Assembly: GCA_951406725.2 (NCBI GenBank)
Contig: OX597814.1
Coordinates: forward strand, 150,226,001 to 150,290,000
DNA length: 64,000 nt
Source: Octopus vulgaris
Taxonomy: Eukaryota
Reading direction: 5' to 3'
Shown: one piece after another, positions 13,325 through 27,377 of the stretch
How the letters are laid out: every line of letters begins with the position of its first letter
How positions within the stretch are numbered: position 1 is the first letter of the stretch
The notes under the pieces: generated by a model
The model's input: only the letters and a program-made list of their open reading frames with translations
Database searches by the model: none
Told to the model about the DNA's origin: nothing
Position numbers and translations under genes: made by a program

Positions 13325-13650
13325 AGGCGCAGGCGTGGTTGTCTGGGAAGAAGCTTGCTTCCTAGCCACATGGTACCGGGTTCAGTCCCACTGCGTAGCA
13401 CCTTGGGCAGGTGTCTTCTACTATAGCCTCGGGCCGACCAAAGCTTTGTGAGTGGATTTGATAGACGGAAACTGAAAGAAGCCTGTCGTATATAAATGTG
13501 CGTCTGTGTTTGTCATGTTTGTCTATGTTTGTGTGTTTACATCCAGTCGGGGTCGATAAAATAAGTACCAGTTGAGCACTGTGTTGATGTAATCGACCTA
13601 ACCCCTCCTCCGAACTTGCTAGCCGTGTGGCAAATTTTAAACCAAAATTA
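13325..13650 (+). mobile_element. SINE A head/body joined to a SINE B core and tail
   Basis: ggcgcaggcgtggttg...ggaaactgaaagaagcc, then ggggtcgataaaataagtaccagttgagcactg... Confidence 0.75.
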
Positions 13651-14920
13651 GAACGATTAGGATGTCTATAAAGTACGATTATGAGTTAGGCGATTTTAGG
13701 AAAATCGTACAATGGATTCTGTATTAAATAAATTTGGAAACCCTAATTGTATCTATTTGTGTTTTTTTATGCTCCGAGTTCAACTTTACCTTTTATACCC
13801 TGCTTTATTTGGTGGGGAGATGAGAAATAAAACACCTATCCAAAACCGGGGTAGTTTCTCCTCTTCTTCATTTCTCTTGTTATAAGATACGTCAAAAGAG
13901 TCAAGAAATGAGCCCCACGAATATTCTCCTTATTACTCAGTGAACTCCCGAATAAAAAAAAAGTGAGAAAACCTGTTGCTTTTTACTGTATTAAGTTATG
14001 GTTTATAATATGTAATGTCGTTAGCCACCGTACACTGTAAGTGTTAATGCATATAACGGAATTCAAAACTTGAAATTCATCCCCTAGGAAGATATCACTT
14101 TAAACATCGAATATAAAATTTGAACCATAACATTCTGTAGTTCAAAGTGTCACCAATTGCGTTGGGGGAATAGCTTAAAACCCCGCATAACTACTGTAGT
14201 TCTTCTGCGCAAAATTTTCACCTGCAACTTAAGAGAATTATTTGGGAAAGTGGAATAAGAGTAAGATTATATTGAAATAATAAAACTATTGATCATAAAC
14301 AAATACGTGAAATGACATACGTTCAGAATGTATTTATATTGTATTCATAATTTATTTATCTTAACTCCGCTATCTAAAAACAGTTATCAAATTATAAATC
14401 ATTTTACAGAACAATCTGAGAAAATACAAGTTGCCATAGCACTGATCAGGAGTAAGTGTTTCATCGTAGAAGGTAGCTATATTAAAAACAAGTATAGATA
14501 ATATAAGAAGGTTACTGTAGTGTCATATTTATTACAGAACTTAAATGAGTGCAGCTGACATTGAATATTTACATTGCACTAGCCAAGGTATAAAACCAAA
14601 AATGTTTTTCATAAAAATAACCAGATTTGCTTCATATACGATCATATTTATCTTCTTTCACGTACGTGAATATATATTGAAGAAAATCAAGATATTGGAA
14701 TGCACAAATAAAAGAATTACGTTTTATCTAGAAAGAAAAAAAAGAAAGAAAATGTATGCGGTCTTTTGATGACCTACATAATATCAATGAAGAATATTAA
14801 GAAAAAGATAATCTGGACAGGAATAATTTAGCATATAAAATATTTGTGTATCCGCATACTGTCGACGATATAATCCTGTATAATCCACACGGTCGTCAAT
14901 ATAATCCTGTAAAGGCTATT

Positions 14921-16625
14921 TCTTTATTACCCATAAAAAGGCTATACAAAGATGCTTGATGATATAAGACAACACAACATAAGGACAGTACAAAACATAA
15001 ACTCGAGGAACTAAAATGATAAAAAGTGGGGAACGAGTAAGAAGAAAAAGAAAAGAAAACGAATGATATGAAAGAATGACAAGATGAGGCACAGTGCGCA
15101 CTCGACCCCCGAAATCAAGTGGTTACATTAATACATGATTTTTACAGTCTTCTTTTTCTTTTCATTTTTAACATCAAAAGTTCACATTAAAACATGATTT
15201 TACAGTCTTTTCTTTTTTTATTTTTAAAATTAAATGTCCACCTGTTCAATTTTCCTTCTTATAGCCTCATACTCCACCACAGACGGCGGAATGTCACGCA
15301 ACCATATCAGGTCGATCATTTTTGCAACTTCTCCGAATGTATCCAAAAATCTCTCATGCCTGTCGTCCTGTACCAAAACACCCCTGTCATGTACGTCAAA
15401 TTCTTCTCTGGGCAGCTTCACCCTCGCCACTCCCTTCCACTTTCCTATTCTTTTCTCCACCTCTGCACTTTTTTTCGTAGATTATCAGCATACCCTTATA
15501 ATTACATTCTACTTCAGTTGCTTCTATTTCCACCATTTGCGTACTTTTAGGTTTAAGTTGCTACTTACATTTTTGTGGCTTCTTGGTTTCTGTTGAATGT
15601 CTCTTGCCTTTGTTGTTTTTCTTCTTTTTGGGTTGATAAAGTCATCACTCCCCTCTTTCACTTCGATCCTTTCCTTCTCCTTTACATCGTTGGCGCGCTC
15701 AGCATCACCTCTATTCTCTCTCGTTTCTATTTTCTTTTCCATCTCCTTTTCTTTTCCCTGTTCCTCCTCATTTACACTCAGCGTAAATTCAAACAAGGGA
15801 CACTGAAACTTCAGCCTTCCTCCTTCCTCAGTCTCAATCTTTTAGGGGATTCGGTCAATGTCTTCGAAAGTGGCAAAAAAGCCACATTTCGACTACGAAT
15901 CTCCACCAGTTTCGCCTCTTCGTCTCTCCACACTGGTCCTAATTCAGGGTTGTTTTCTGTTGTCGCCAAAATGGCTGCAACCAACCACTCGGCTTTAATT
16001 TCGAGTGGCATACTTGGTATTCTAATCCTCACGCTAGGCCTTCCCATGTAAGAGGGTAACAGCGTCACCTTTTCTGTTCCGAGGATGTTGATGGAATCCT
16101 AGGCTGCTTCTTCCTTGGTGGCAAACCTGACCGCCACCGTACCGAATTTTCTACCTCTACCAATTTATTCTGCTTCTTTAACTATGTCACCCAAACACTC
16201 CTCTATGTCTTCTTCCAACAGTCTTTCAACTTACTGGTGGCGACCGCCTGTGTGAGGTACACCACCGTCATTTCTTCCTTTTCCTTCATCGTCTCCTGCG
16301 GAGGCATCAGCTTGATGGTATCTCCTTTCTTCTTCACCAACTGTTCATTCTTCAAAACCTTCTCCATATCTATCACTACCGGCGTTACTTCCATTGGCGC
16401 AACTGCTTTCGCCGCAGTGGCTTTTACATAGCTCGCCATAATACGGCTACGTTTCTCCTTTCACCTAAAATGGTGGTGGTGGTGGGAGAACAATGAAAAC
16501 ACAACAACCGCAACAAACAACACGCTCGCGCGGTAACAATAATTTCAACAAATTCAACAAAATTTCTCTACAAGTCTCAAAAGCACAACCTTTCTCCTCG
16601 AAGACTCCGGTCAGAATGACTCATC
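14921..16625 (-). mobile_element. Complete ~1.7-kb non-autonomous retroelement encoding only a decayed ORF1-like protein (HAL1-like)
   Basis: Collinear minus-strand ORF pieces at 16439-15230 (MASYVKATA..., LLPSYMGRPSVRIRIPSMPLEIKAEWLVAAIL, K/E-rich linker). No RT motifs. Tail ...tgggtaataaagaaata. 17/20 TSD ataat(c/t)ctgtaaag(gc/ct)tatt at 14901-14920 and 16626-16645. Confidence 0.65.
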
Positions 16626-17439
16626 ATAATTCTGTAAAGCTTATTATAGAAATAGCCGGAAAAACATTTAAATCTTTATTTCCGAATGGAAATAAGTTTG
16701 CAGTAACGAACGGTTTCAACATTGGATAATATTTCCAAAGAAACATAAGATATTTTCGTTTTATTCTACAATTTTAGGAATAATCTTCAAGACTGAGAAT
16801 ACGGCGAGGAAACAAGTCTTTACGTGATTACTAGAAATGCTATAAGCAGTGATCAGATCGCCTTCAAATTACATCGCATCGCCTTAAAGAAGGAAGGACT
16901 CACTGGGGAGTTCGAGTTATACAATATCTGAAAAACATAAACGAGATAATCTGTAAATATTGGCACTTCGAGAAGATGCGAAACACATCATTTTAGGAAA
17001 TGAGTCTCGAAGTAGATACAGCTATAAACTATAGCATACAATATATTGTGTTAAAATCCTATGGCTGCTATAGACGACGAAAGCTACCGGTAGGATACCA
17101 ACTTAATCTTTTGTAGGTAACCGTTGACAGCTTTTTCCATCTAAAAGGTATTTTTTAAATCCAAAAATAATATTGGCTTCGAATTTTGGCACAAGGCTAG
17201 CAATTTCGGGGTGAAGAGATAAGTCAATTACATCGATCACTGTGATCAACTGGTACTTATTTTAACGATTCGGAGAGGATTAAAGGCAAAGTCGACCTCG
17301 GCAGAATTTGAACTCAAAACGTCAAGACAGACGAAATGCCGCGAAGCATTTTGCCCGGTGTGCTAACGATTCTGCCAGCTCGCCGCCTTCTTAATAATAA
17401 TAATAATGATAATAATGATAATGATGATGATGATGATGA

Positions 17440-18017
17440 TGACTCAATTAGAATTGTCTTACAAAACCATCACTGTAGGATTAAATACATATCTTGAGCT
17501 ATCAAAAGATCCTCTAACGAAACTTGTGCACCAGCATGTTAAAGTAAAGAAGCTATACTCGGTATACAAAGAATCTGTACAGTTTAAGAAACAACTGATG
17601 ACGGAGGAACCTAGGATGAAGGCGAGTGAGAAAGTAATCCAGTTTGCTAAAAGAGTTAAGGAAGAGATGAAAAAACAAGCCCAGAAGAAGAGCTAAGAAG
17701 AATGGCTAGAAAAACCGATGCATGACCGATACCCATGTAGAGTGAACAAACCAGATGTAGAAAAACGAGACACGCATGTATGGATGAAGAGCTCAGGACT
17801 GAAGGCTGAAACGGAAGGTTTTATCATAGCAGCACAAGATCAAAGCTTGGCAACCGGGGCTTACCACAGCAAAATAATGAACGATGGCACTGACCCGAAA
17901 TGCAGAATGTGTCATGAGCAGGATGAAACAGTGGATGCACAGCGCTTGCAAAAACCGAATATATTCATAGAAACGATAGAGTAGCGCAATATATCGTTGG
18001 AAGATATGTAAACACAA
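17440..18017 (+). mobile_element. R4/Dong-like LINE fragment (post-RT region and CCHC knuckle)
   Basis: WMKSSGLKAETEGFIIAAQDQSLAT...DPKCRMCHEQDETVD is typical of R4-clade elements. Preceded by (TAA)/(TGA) repeats. Confidence 0.85.
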
Positions 18018-19087
18018 GGCCTGAAATTTTGGAGCAGAGGGGAAGTCGATTACATTGACCCCAGTACTTAACTGGTATTTATTTCATCGATCCTGAAAGG
18101 ATGAAAGGCAAAGTCGGAATTTGAAATATAAGTAATAATAATTTCAGATTTTGATAAAAGGTCGATGAATTTAAAGGAGAGTGTTAGTCGATTACAATGA
18201 CCCCAATGCTCAAGTGATACTTATTTATTTTAAAGACCCGAATGGAATAATAGCGCCAGCGGAATTTGAATTCAGGACATAAAAAGATCGAAGAAATACT
18301 GCTAAGCATTTTCTCGGTATGCGAGCAATTTTACCAGCTCGCCTTCTTTAAATAAGTAATAATAACGAGAAAATATGTAGTTAGCTTCAATGATTTATGT
18401 AATGTGTCCTTTACATAAGTGATTTGTAATGAAATAGGCAATCAATGTTAATAAGACACAGCTAGTTACATAATTATTCATTCGGTAACATCAAATAAAA
18501 TCATTCACTACAGAGGTGCGCGGCAAGATGATTATGTTGACAGTGCTTAGAGGTCGATAAAATAAATACCGGTTGAACACTGAAGTTGATGTAATGGACT
18601 ACCCCTCTCCTCCAAAATTACAGAATTTGCGCGTATAGTAGAAAGTATTTCGTATATCTCACCTCACGAGAATGTATAACCTTCAATGTTCAGGCTGAAA
18701 TAGTAATCGAAAAATCACTATGTACGTGTTCAAGGTAGCAAGAGTAATTTAGAATTTGGGGATGCCATCTGCAGGAAACACTAGTTTCTTTCGTATTTTT
18801 CCCATCGGATAAGTTCTCATCGGATAATTTATCTGGTTAGCTTCATAATGTTCCCTTTATTAAATACGTGGACAACAACTTCACTTTTTCTTGTGCTAGA
18901 TGATGTTTCTGAAATATTCTCTAATACTAATTTATACTGAATAGTATTCCGGTACTTTACAGCTGCTTTATTTTATCGACCCGGAGAGTCGAAATGAAAA
19001 GTTGACTTCGGCAGAATTTGAAATCAGAACATAAAGAGCCAAGAGGAATGCTGTCAAGCATTTTGACAAAATGCTGATGACTATACC

Positions 19088-20355
19088 TTGTTTTTTTATT
19101 GCCCACAAAGGGGCCAACGAAAAGGGGACAAAAAAGGACATGTGGGGACATAGAACAAACAAAACAAAGTAAAAAACAACAACACAAAAACGTATATTAC
19201 AAGATGAATGATAAATGAAATGAAGTTCCACAACCCCACCTCTGAGTCGCTTCATTTATACCTTATAGTCACTTTTTATACTTCGTACCTGCCAGTATAT
19301 CGAACTTGTACTCCTCCAACAACCGTACTTACGTCAATTGCCACGGCAATTTGTCTATGTCCAAGTCCATATCCCAAATTTTGTATCCGCTTTTAAACTG
19401 ATTTTTTTCCTTTTGTTCTTCGCTCAATAAGAGACCGCAATGCCATCCTTGAGCGTTATCATATTTATTTGTTTCAACTGCTCTGATATCTTTCCATGTT
19501 TTTATCTCTTCGGACAGATTTCTGTTTGAATTTTCATACATTAGTGCGTAATGATCCCTTTTCATTTTTCCGGAGGTGGGGAAGTTTGAGGGCTTGTTTC
19601 TGTATGCGATTTTTTGTGTCAGAGAATGGGGTAGGTTCAGCGTCTGTAAGGGGAGGTTGGGAGGAAAAGGGTGTGGTGGATGTTGGGTGGTTGTGGGATG
19701 GGTTTCTGTATCTGTTTTGCTTGGCTTTTTTCCATATTTTTTTCCATAATTTTTTTCTCGCACGATGTGGGCCTCGTGTTTCTTTATGCACCAAAATACT
19801 TTTGCATTTGAACTTCACTCGCATTTTCTGCCCGACTCGATTTTGTTCCGATACAGCTATATATTACTGTGTATCATTGCATGCTTTCTATTACACCAGA
19901 TGGTGGTTTTAGAGTTATTTGTCGTCCATTCTCTTTTTACAGTTTGTCTAGTTAGTTCTAAGTCAAAGTGGTTTAGATAGAATTTTTCTATATCTCTTCA
20001 GGCGCTTGCAAAGGAGCTTACCTTTCGCAGTTGCCTCGCTGTACACGTTGTTGTTAGCGCTTACGTAACATATAGAAATGTGTGCCTTTGTGTTTCTGTT
20101 GGAGGTTGCGGTGATGTTGTTTCTTTTTACTCGTAGAGAAATCCCGCTTGTTGAGGTAGTGTTAGTGACGACATTGACGTTGAGAGAGATTGCATTTCCT
20201 TCAAAATTGTCTTTTTCGTTTTTTGTCTCACTTGTAGTTGTTGTTATTCACTTGTCTTTGTTGATGTTTCGATCGGCATTTGTAGAGGCAACGTTGGTGG
20301 TTGTAGTGTTCTATTTTAAGAGTGAGAATGCGGCATCTAAAACGCTCTCCCCGTT
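19088..20355 (-). mobile_element. Second short retroelement with decayed ORF and Tx1/SINE-B-like tail
   Basis: Minus-strand 3' end tgtccttttttgtccccttttcgttggcccctttgtgggcaataaaaaaa. Broken ORFs at 19329-19824. No RT motif and no TSD found. Confidence 0.5.
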
Positions 20356-21391
20356 TAACAACAACAACAAAAACAACAACAACAACAATAATGATAATAA
20401 TAATAATGAAATGTTATTTGTAAAGTCAACCAAAGTGAAGAGAATACCGTAAGCGAATATTAGCTCTGTGGGAGTAAGAACTGAAGAAATGAATATTTGA
20501 CAAACAATGTCAAATATTCGGAGTGAAATCCACCGAAGCAAAGGACAAGATATAAAAGTGAAGAACAGAAAGATGTTGAAGTTGCTGAGTCAACCGAGGT
20601 AGAAGATAACGGTGTTGAAAGTGGTGTCGGTATAAACAAAAACAGAGATTCAAGCGAACATACAAAGTTAAATGAGGAATCCGACATATTAGAATAAACA
20701 AAGGAAGTAATGGAAAGGCAACCTTCGCTACAACTACAAAAATCTACGAAACTTTGATTGGAATAGAAAGTGTAATATCGGAAATAAACATAATATATAA
20801 ACATAGCCAAAAGGAGCTGATTAAAACAGGAGAAATTGTGGTGGAAATAAATGTTAGGTGAAAAGAAAAGCACAAACGGGAAAAAATGGAGGAAGATATA
20901 TTCTGGAAGCAAAGGACAGAAGGAAATAGACCAATTATGAAAAGACACAGGACTTCTTGAAAGGTAGGAAAATGGTAAATAAAAGTAAAACAGAAAAACC
21001 GACTGAGCCAGCTCTACAAATGAAGAAGTTTCAAGACAGTTACCGAAGAATTGAGAGAACGCATACACGCAAAAGCTGCTGTAGTAATACGAGACACTGA
21101 ATAAAACAATTCATAGAAAATAGGTTGTTCCGATGCAATCAAGTTTTACAAAGAATTGGACAAGCAAGAGGCACGCGAGAAATCGAGAAAATTCTGGGCT
21201 AATATTTGGGAAAGGGAATAAGTTCACATTGAGAAAGTAGATTAGATTGAGGAATTTGCAGCAAAAATGCATAATGAAAAGCAACGAAATATTTACTTCA
21301 AGAAAACAATGGTCGAAAATAAGATAAACATGATGGCCAATTGGAAAGCTTCTGGACTGGACTCCAAGGATTTTGGATAAAATCTTTCAAG

Positions 21392-21690
21392 TACAGGTTG
21401 GAGCAGGGAGGAAAGATGTTTTTGAAAATTTCGCGAAATCATTAATTTTAGCTGCACACAAATTTTATTGACATCAATGTGTTCGTATTGAATTAGCATT
21501 TGTCAAAATCAAGTGTAGAAAACGACATCCATCATGTGGTGTCCGTCCTCATTGATGCATTTCTGAAGGCGTTACTGGAAGTTGTTCTCCACTCTCTCCA
21601 GCATTGATCTGTCGATTTGGGCGACGTCCACGCGAATAGCTTCCTTCAAAGCATCCAATGTACGGGGCTTATGCGCATACACACGTGTAT
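21392..21690 (-). mobile_element. Tc1/mariner-superfamily 3' fragment inserted in the LINE
   Basis: Minus strand encodes RVYAHKPRTLDALKEAIRVDVAQIDRSMLERVENNFQ*RLQKCINEDGHHM. Terminus ta|caggttgg. Confidence 0.7.
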
Positions 21691-21888
21691 TACTCTGCAG
21701 GAGTTCAAGTCATCTTAATGAATGCATCGAAAATAGAAGTGTTCCTGAATGGATAACATCCGGTGTTATACATTTATTGGTGACAAATATTGATAAAGCT
21801 AATGAGGTCGGCAATAACAGATCTATCACATGTCTCTCTCTAATGTGGAGATATTTGATTGGAGTTATTGCAGAAGAATTATACATAT

Positions 21889-22335
21889 AGGTGCAAGCGT
21901 GTCTGTGTGGTAGGAAGCTTGCAGAGTTCAGCCTTACGGCGTGGCATCTTGGGTAGGTGTGTTTTACTATAGCTTCGTGCCGATCAAAGCTTTGTGGGTT
22001 GATTTGGTAGATGGAAATTAAAAGAAGCTTATTATACATATATGTGTGTATAAGTGTGAGCGTGTGTGTGTGTGTGTGCGTGTGAGTGTGTGTGTGTGTG
22101 TGTGCGCGCGTGCGTCTTTATGTCTGTGTTTGTCCCGGCCACCAATTTGCAACCGGTTTTGGTGTCTTTATGTCTCTGTAATTTAGCGGTTCGGCAAAAA
22201 ACATCGATAGAATAAGCACTATGTTTAAAAAGAAGTACTGGGAGTCAATTCATTCGAGTAAAGATTCCTTCAAGGCGGTGCCCCAGCATGGCCATAGTCT
22301 AATGCCTGAAACAAGTAAAAGATAAATGATAAAAG
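21889..22335 (+). mobile_element. SINE family A copy
   Basis: Head, (TG)n core and tail ...gaaacaagtaaaagataaatgataaaag. Confidence 0.85.
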
Positions 22336-24099
22336 AACCATCTTGAAAGAAGGAATCTTTTAAATGAAGAACAAAAGTTGTGTAGAAGAGGGACAAAAAT
22401 TTCGAACGATCAACTACTGATTGGGAAGACTGTAATGAGAAATCATAAGAAGCACCGGGTTCGGCTACGTACGGTGGGAATAGATTATCATAAAACTTTT
22501 AACATGAAGCCTCATTCTTGGGTAAAACACTCTACGTATGTCTGAAATAGCAGATGATAATTTCAGCTTAGTCAAGAGAGCATGAAACACTGAAAAAAGA
22601 GCAAATAGCAAGGACTGAAAATCTTAGAGAAGTTAAACTAGAAAGAGGGGCTTTTCACCGCCATTATTCCTAATTGTTTGTAATTTCTAAGAAATGAAAA
22701 TGCTAGGTACTGTTTGGAAACAGGATAGAAAAGAAGATAAATTATCTTCTTTTAATGATGATTTTAAATTCCATAGAAGTAATTAAAAATAGGATGTTAG
22801 AAAGACTGGCAAATACAGTAATATTATTTCCTTCGAAGTGTGGCCATTTAACACTGAAACGTGGAAAGGTAGTAAAGAAAAGGTGAATGGACTTAAGTTC
22901 TAAAGAAGTTATAAAGGAGATTGACATGAACAAATGATATAAATCTCTTGGTATCTTGAAAGCAGATGAATCACTTTATATCGATATGGAATATATCATC
23001 TGATAAGAATACTACAGGTGCATTAGAAAAGTGGCCTCACCAAAACCCAATAAAGGCAGCAACATAGCAGCTATAAATTCATGGGCGGTGTCACTTGTAA
23101 GGTACAGAGCAGATATAGTAGACTGGGAGAAAGAAGTGTTGTAAAACAAGACAGAAAATGCGAAAAAAATTAACAATTAACAGGTTGTGCCACACTCAGA
23201 GTGATGTAGAGCTAATATGCATCTCCGCAAAAGGAGGCAGAGATTGAGGCCTGTTACATAACATTGAATCTCTTGAGAGTCAGGAAGAGAACCTGGCCAA
23301 GTATATTAGAACATCCAGCGAGAGACGAATTCGTGCAGTCATGCAAGAAGACCTACTGTGGAAACCACAAGTGATTATATGAAGGAAATCAGAAAATTAT
23401 GGGAAAACAAAATTTCATGAAAACATTATAAGGGATACAGTAGAAATAAGAACAATTGAATCTTTGAAGTGGCTAAAAAATGTTTTTGAGAAACTGATAG
23501 ATAGTTGTTCGCTCTTCAGGATCAAGCTCTTCGTACAAGTTGAATGAAGAAATGTATCGACAAGCAAGATATAACAGTAAAATGCACAGTGTGCACTGTA
23601 AAATACGGATAAATCTTCCATGTGATATCGGAATGCCCCAAAATTGCACAGACTGTATTGAGATGATAATGCAACCAGAAAAATAACCTTAACCTTATTA
23701 GTGATGTCAAATGGTATAGCCACAAATCACAAAAATCATGGAGAATACCAACGATAAAATTATCTGGGACTTTAACATAGAAACTGATCATGTAATAGAA
23801 CACAGAGGGCCAGATATTTTAGTCTTGTATAAGGAAGATAGAAAATGTGACGTTATTGACATAGCAATCTTTAGGAACGAGAGTATAAAAGTAAAGAGGA
23901 AGAGAAAGTGACCAAATACAGTAGACTGAGATGAGGACTGAAAAAGACATGGAACTTAAAGGAAGCAAGTGTAACTCCAAACGTAGTTGGCTCGCTCAGA
24001 ATATTAAGTACCAATCTCAAGTTTGGATAATTTATAACTTAGGAGTAGCATAGAGCTGTAGCAAAAGATACGCTGTTTGGAATAGCAAAGATCATAAAT

Positions 24100-24465
24100 C
24101 GAAAAAATGTTGCATCTCAAGACGGTACCAGTGATTGTAGGAGCACTAAGAATGATAAAAAAAGGAATTGAAAATGATCTGAGAATGATCCTTGGCTTTC
24201 CATTCCTGCATGAAGCGCAAAAGATTGTTTTAATTGGTGCCTCAAAAGTATTGAGAAAGCATTGTTGATGTGAGAATGATTTCCATCAGCCATGTAAGTA
24301 ATTTTTCTACATAACTTTATTTGATTTTGTAAATGAGCAGTCTGGTGTGTTTATCTTAATGGTGTATCAATGTATACAGCAAGTTGCTTTGCGCTAGGTG
24401 TCGAAAAGGCACTCAGCAAGAAATGGAAACAAAATTGAAAGAAGAACTCGTAGTAAAAATAATAA
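24100..24465 (+). mobile_element. 3' end of another R4/Dong-like LINE
   Basis: VPVIVGAL.MIKKG...QKIVLIGASKVLRK. The 3' UTR cactc.gca.gaaatggaaacaaaattgaaagaa recurs at 30656-30750, followed by (TAA)n. Confidence 0.75.
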
Positions 24466-25598
24466 TTGTTTTACTTAATAAAAGTTAGTTGTTTTAGTAA
24501 TATAAAGTTGCACCTTACAAATCCTCATTAACTTATGAAATCTGGCATTTATAAAACAGGATATCTGATGACAAATAAAACAAATTGCATTGATATGAAG
24601 GTAATGTGGTAATATCAGAATTCAAAATTGCTTTCACTTGTGACAAATTGTTTAAATGTATAAAAATCCAAAACAATTTATGATGTGATTACAGAAAAAA
24701 AAAACGGCTTTTTCAAAAGAGAATGTCATGTGCTGAAATAAAATGAAAATATTTACTGAAGCTGTTTCCTGAGCTACTGATATAAAGTATGTGTATTTAT
24801 TGTATATTTATGATATATTCATGGTATATAACGATATTATAAAGCATGTGCATTTTGAAGATTAAATTTCCCATTAACATCTTATATTGGTTGACTACTA
24901 TCCTTTAGGAATTTGCTTCTAAGTCGATCACTTAGCAAATATCACTCAAATAACGACTAAACAACAGTCATAAATAAGAACAGAATAGATAATTTAGTCC
25001 TTAATATTTTCTCTCTCCCCCTTCTCTCTGTCTCTCTCTGTCTCTCTGTCTCTCTCTGTCTGTCTCTCTCTCTCTGCTTTTTCAGCAGCATATCCTCTTT
25101 GATATGATGCTACCAGATGTCATGCGCGTGTGCACTGGAGTAGTTTTCAGTTGTCTCTTCCGAAAAGGTCTTCGGCCCCCAAATTTCTGTAAATGAAGAA
25201 ATGGAATCTGCAATTTTCATACTTTTCATCGGTGTTAGTGACGATATTTGACAGGCGATGAAGTGCCTAACGTGGAAAAAGAAACTGGATTCGTGGAGTC
25301 AATTTGCTGATTGTGAGTGACTAACTCGTCTATTTTAATCAATGTAATGGTTTGAGCCTATTATACAACATTGATCTGGTTACTTAATACTTACTTGAAC
25401 TGAGTATTAAGTGTAACATGTTTTCATTCTCTAGGAATATGAATTAATGAACACTGTGTTAGCGGTATACCACTTTAATAACTCGTCTTTGTGCAAAAGA
25501 AAAGCAAAAAATACAAAATTATCTTCGACAGTATGTTATATTTTCGTTTCTTTTAATAGAATATTTTGTTCACTGTCAATGAATATACATTAAAAAAA

Positions 25599-25923
25599 TG
25601 GTTAAACTCCAGTGTTTGACCCGAGCCCCCCAAAAATAGTTGCAATAGGTGTAAAACAATATGTAGTAAACGAATATGATTTAAGAAAAATGCGCACTGG
25701 CGAAAGGGAGGGGTGGAGACGACTCGGAAAATTCACGTCGGGAATGTTCCGAGTCCTCTCACCACTTCCCCGTTGTCGGCGAAATTGTTTTCTTTATATT
25801 CGTTTACTACACATTATTTTACACCTAGTACACTTGTTTTTTTTTTTTTATTTTTGTAATCGGGTGTCGAAGTAGGGTTACTGGATCGTGTGAAACATCC
25901 GATATCGCACTGGAGTTTAACCA
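25599..25923. mobile_element. Putative MITE with perfect 16-bp terminal inverted repeats
   Basis: tggttaaactccagtg at 25599-25614 and cactggagtttaacca at 25908-25923. Interior is more GC-rich and non-coding. Confidence 0.55.
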
Positions 25924-27377
25924 AAAAACTTGGTTGGTAACATAACTTCAGTGACGAAATAAATTACCTTGACAAATCCCCGAAGTCCTCAAAACTAAGT
26001 ATGTTCGAATAACGGTTATAAACCTCAATCTCACTCAAGGTAGTATAAATCAAAAGAAAATTGATCATTTGGTTCTTTACGACTGTTTCATTCCTAAACA
26101 TATTCATATCACTACGTCAACAGTCAGTTTTCTTAATTATGGGGAAGAAATCCTAAACATGTAAAAGACAAATATTTTTTTAAATGTCTAAATGATATCG
26201 TTACTAGGTATAGGAATATATTCATTGCGTAATACTCTTATTTAATTCTATTTACAAAGAACATGTGCAGTGATAGCAGTTTCTCTTATGAACGGCATCT
26301 CTGAAATATTTATTTTCCAATATAAATTTCTTTGGTAAAATTTTATAATACAAAAACATAAGTATAGCAAAGTGAAGAACTTAAGATACTTTTTCGCCTT
26401 GAATCTTGTCTTTTGCAGTTAACTTCACTGAGAACAGTTGTTCCCTGCTTTCTACTTCTGTATATTGCTTGAAATAAACTTGCGCAAACATATAAAACAC
26501 TTTCTTCCGAGACAAAAACATCTACATTGAGATATGATCTCGTAGCCTTGTAATCTCGCACCATTTCTATTCGTACAATACCTTTCTCAGTAAAGTATGT
26601 AATCAGACTTAGAAGCAACATATGTATGTACACACTAACTTAGTTCAACAATACTTTTATGTTAGCATTGAATTACTAACATAAAAGAAATCCTCTGTGA
26701 TTGAATTTGACCATATATACGGCTTGTTTATTTTAGTTCGCATTTAGTAGCTAGAGACTAACAGGGAAGTGACAAAGGCAAAACAATACACAATGTAAAT
26801 AATAAAGGCGTTGTAACTAAATGAAATAGAAAATAGATTCTGCCACATTTTTTTTTACAGATTAGAGTACTTTGTTTTGCATTGAATGAAAGAAAATTAA
26901 TAGTCGGAATAATCAAATCAAATCTTTCATCAATACTTACTAATTAAATAAAGTCACTAAAACGCCTCTTGTGAAATACACAAGAATCGAACTATATCTT
27001 GAAACATTAGTAAAACAAATAGTTTACCTAACGAATTTTCTTGTTTACTTCATTATTTCTACTTTACAATTATCAATAACCCAGTTTGTCCACAATCAGT
27101 TATTGACCACACCCACTCGAATTTCAAATAGGATTTATATTAAAGCGGTGCTCATGCGTATCAAAAACAGTTCAACTGCTTCAAACGCAATCATCTTTCA
27201 CTGCGCAGAAAAATAAACACCTCCTGCTTGAGTAGCAAAGATTGACACGTGTTCTCAACATCTACAACATATTGCAACAGTTTTTTTTGCCCTTATATGC
27301 TGACAAGAAGTAAGCAGTTACATCTGTTTGAAGCCGGTTCAATGCAAACATCTTTATTCTTCTCGTCATTTCTCTCT

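Larger units (their letters stand above)
20385..24100 (+). mobile_element. Long, heavily decayed R4/Dong-like LINE, interrupted by a Tc1/mariner piece and a SINE
   Basis: Remnants of ITCL (about 21825), HLERRNLLNEEQK (22338), an NHLL.MDD-like RT core (22740), AINSWAVSLVRY (23070), QDQALRT (23517) and EHRGPDI..IDIA (23800-23870). Begins in (TAA)n. Confidence 0.75.

Noticed and set aside
20460-21068. 202-aa minus-strand ORF
   Set aside because: Antisense shadow of the A-rich decayed R4/Dong-like LINE.
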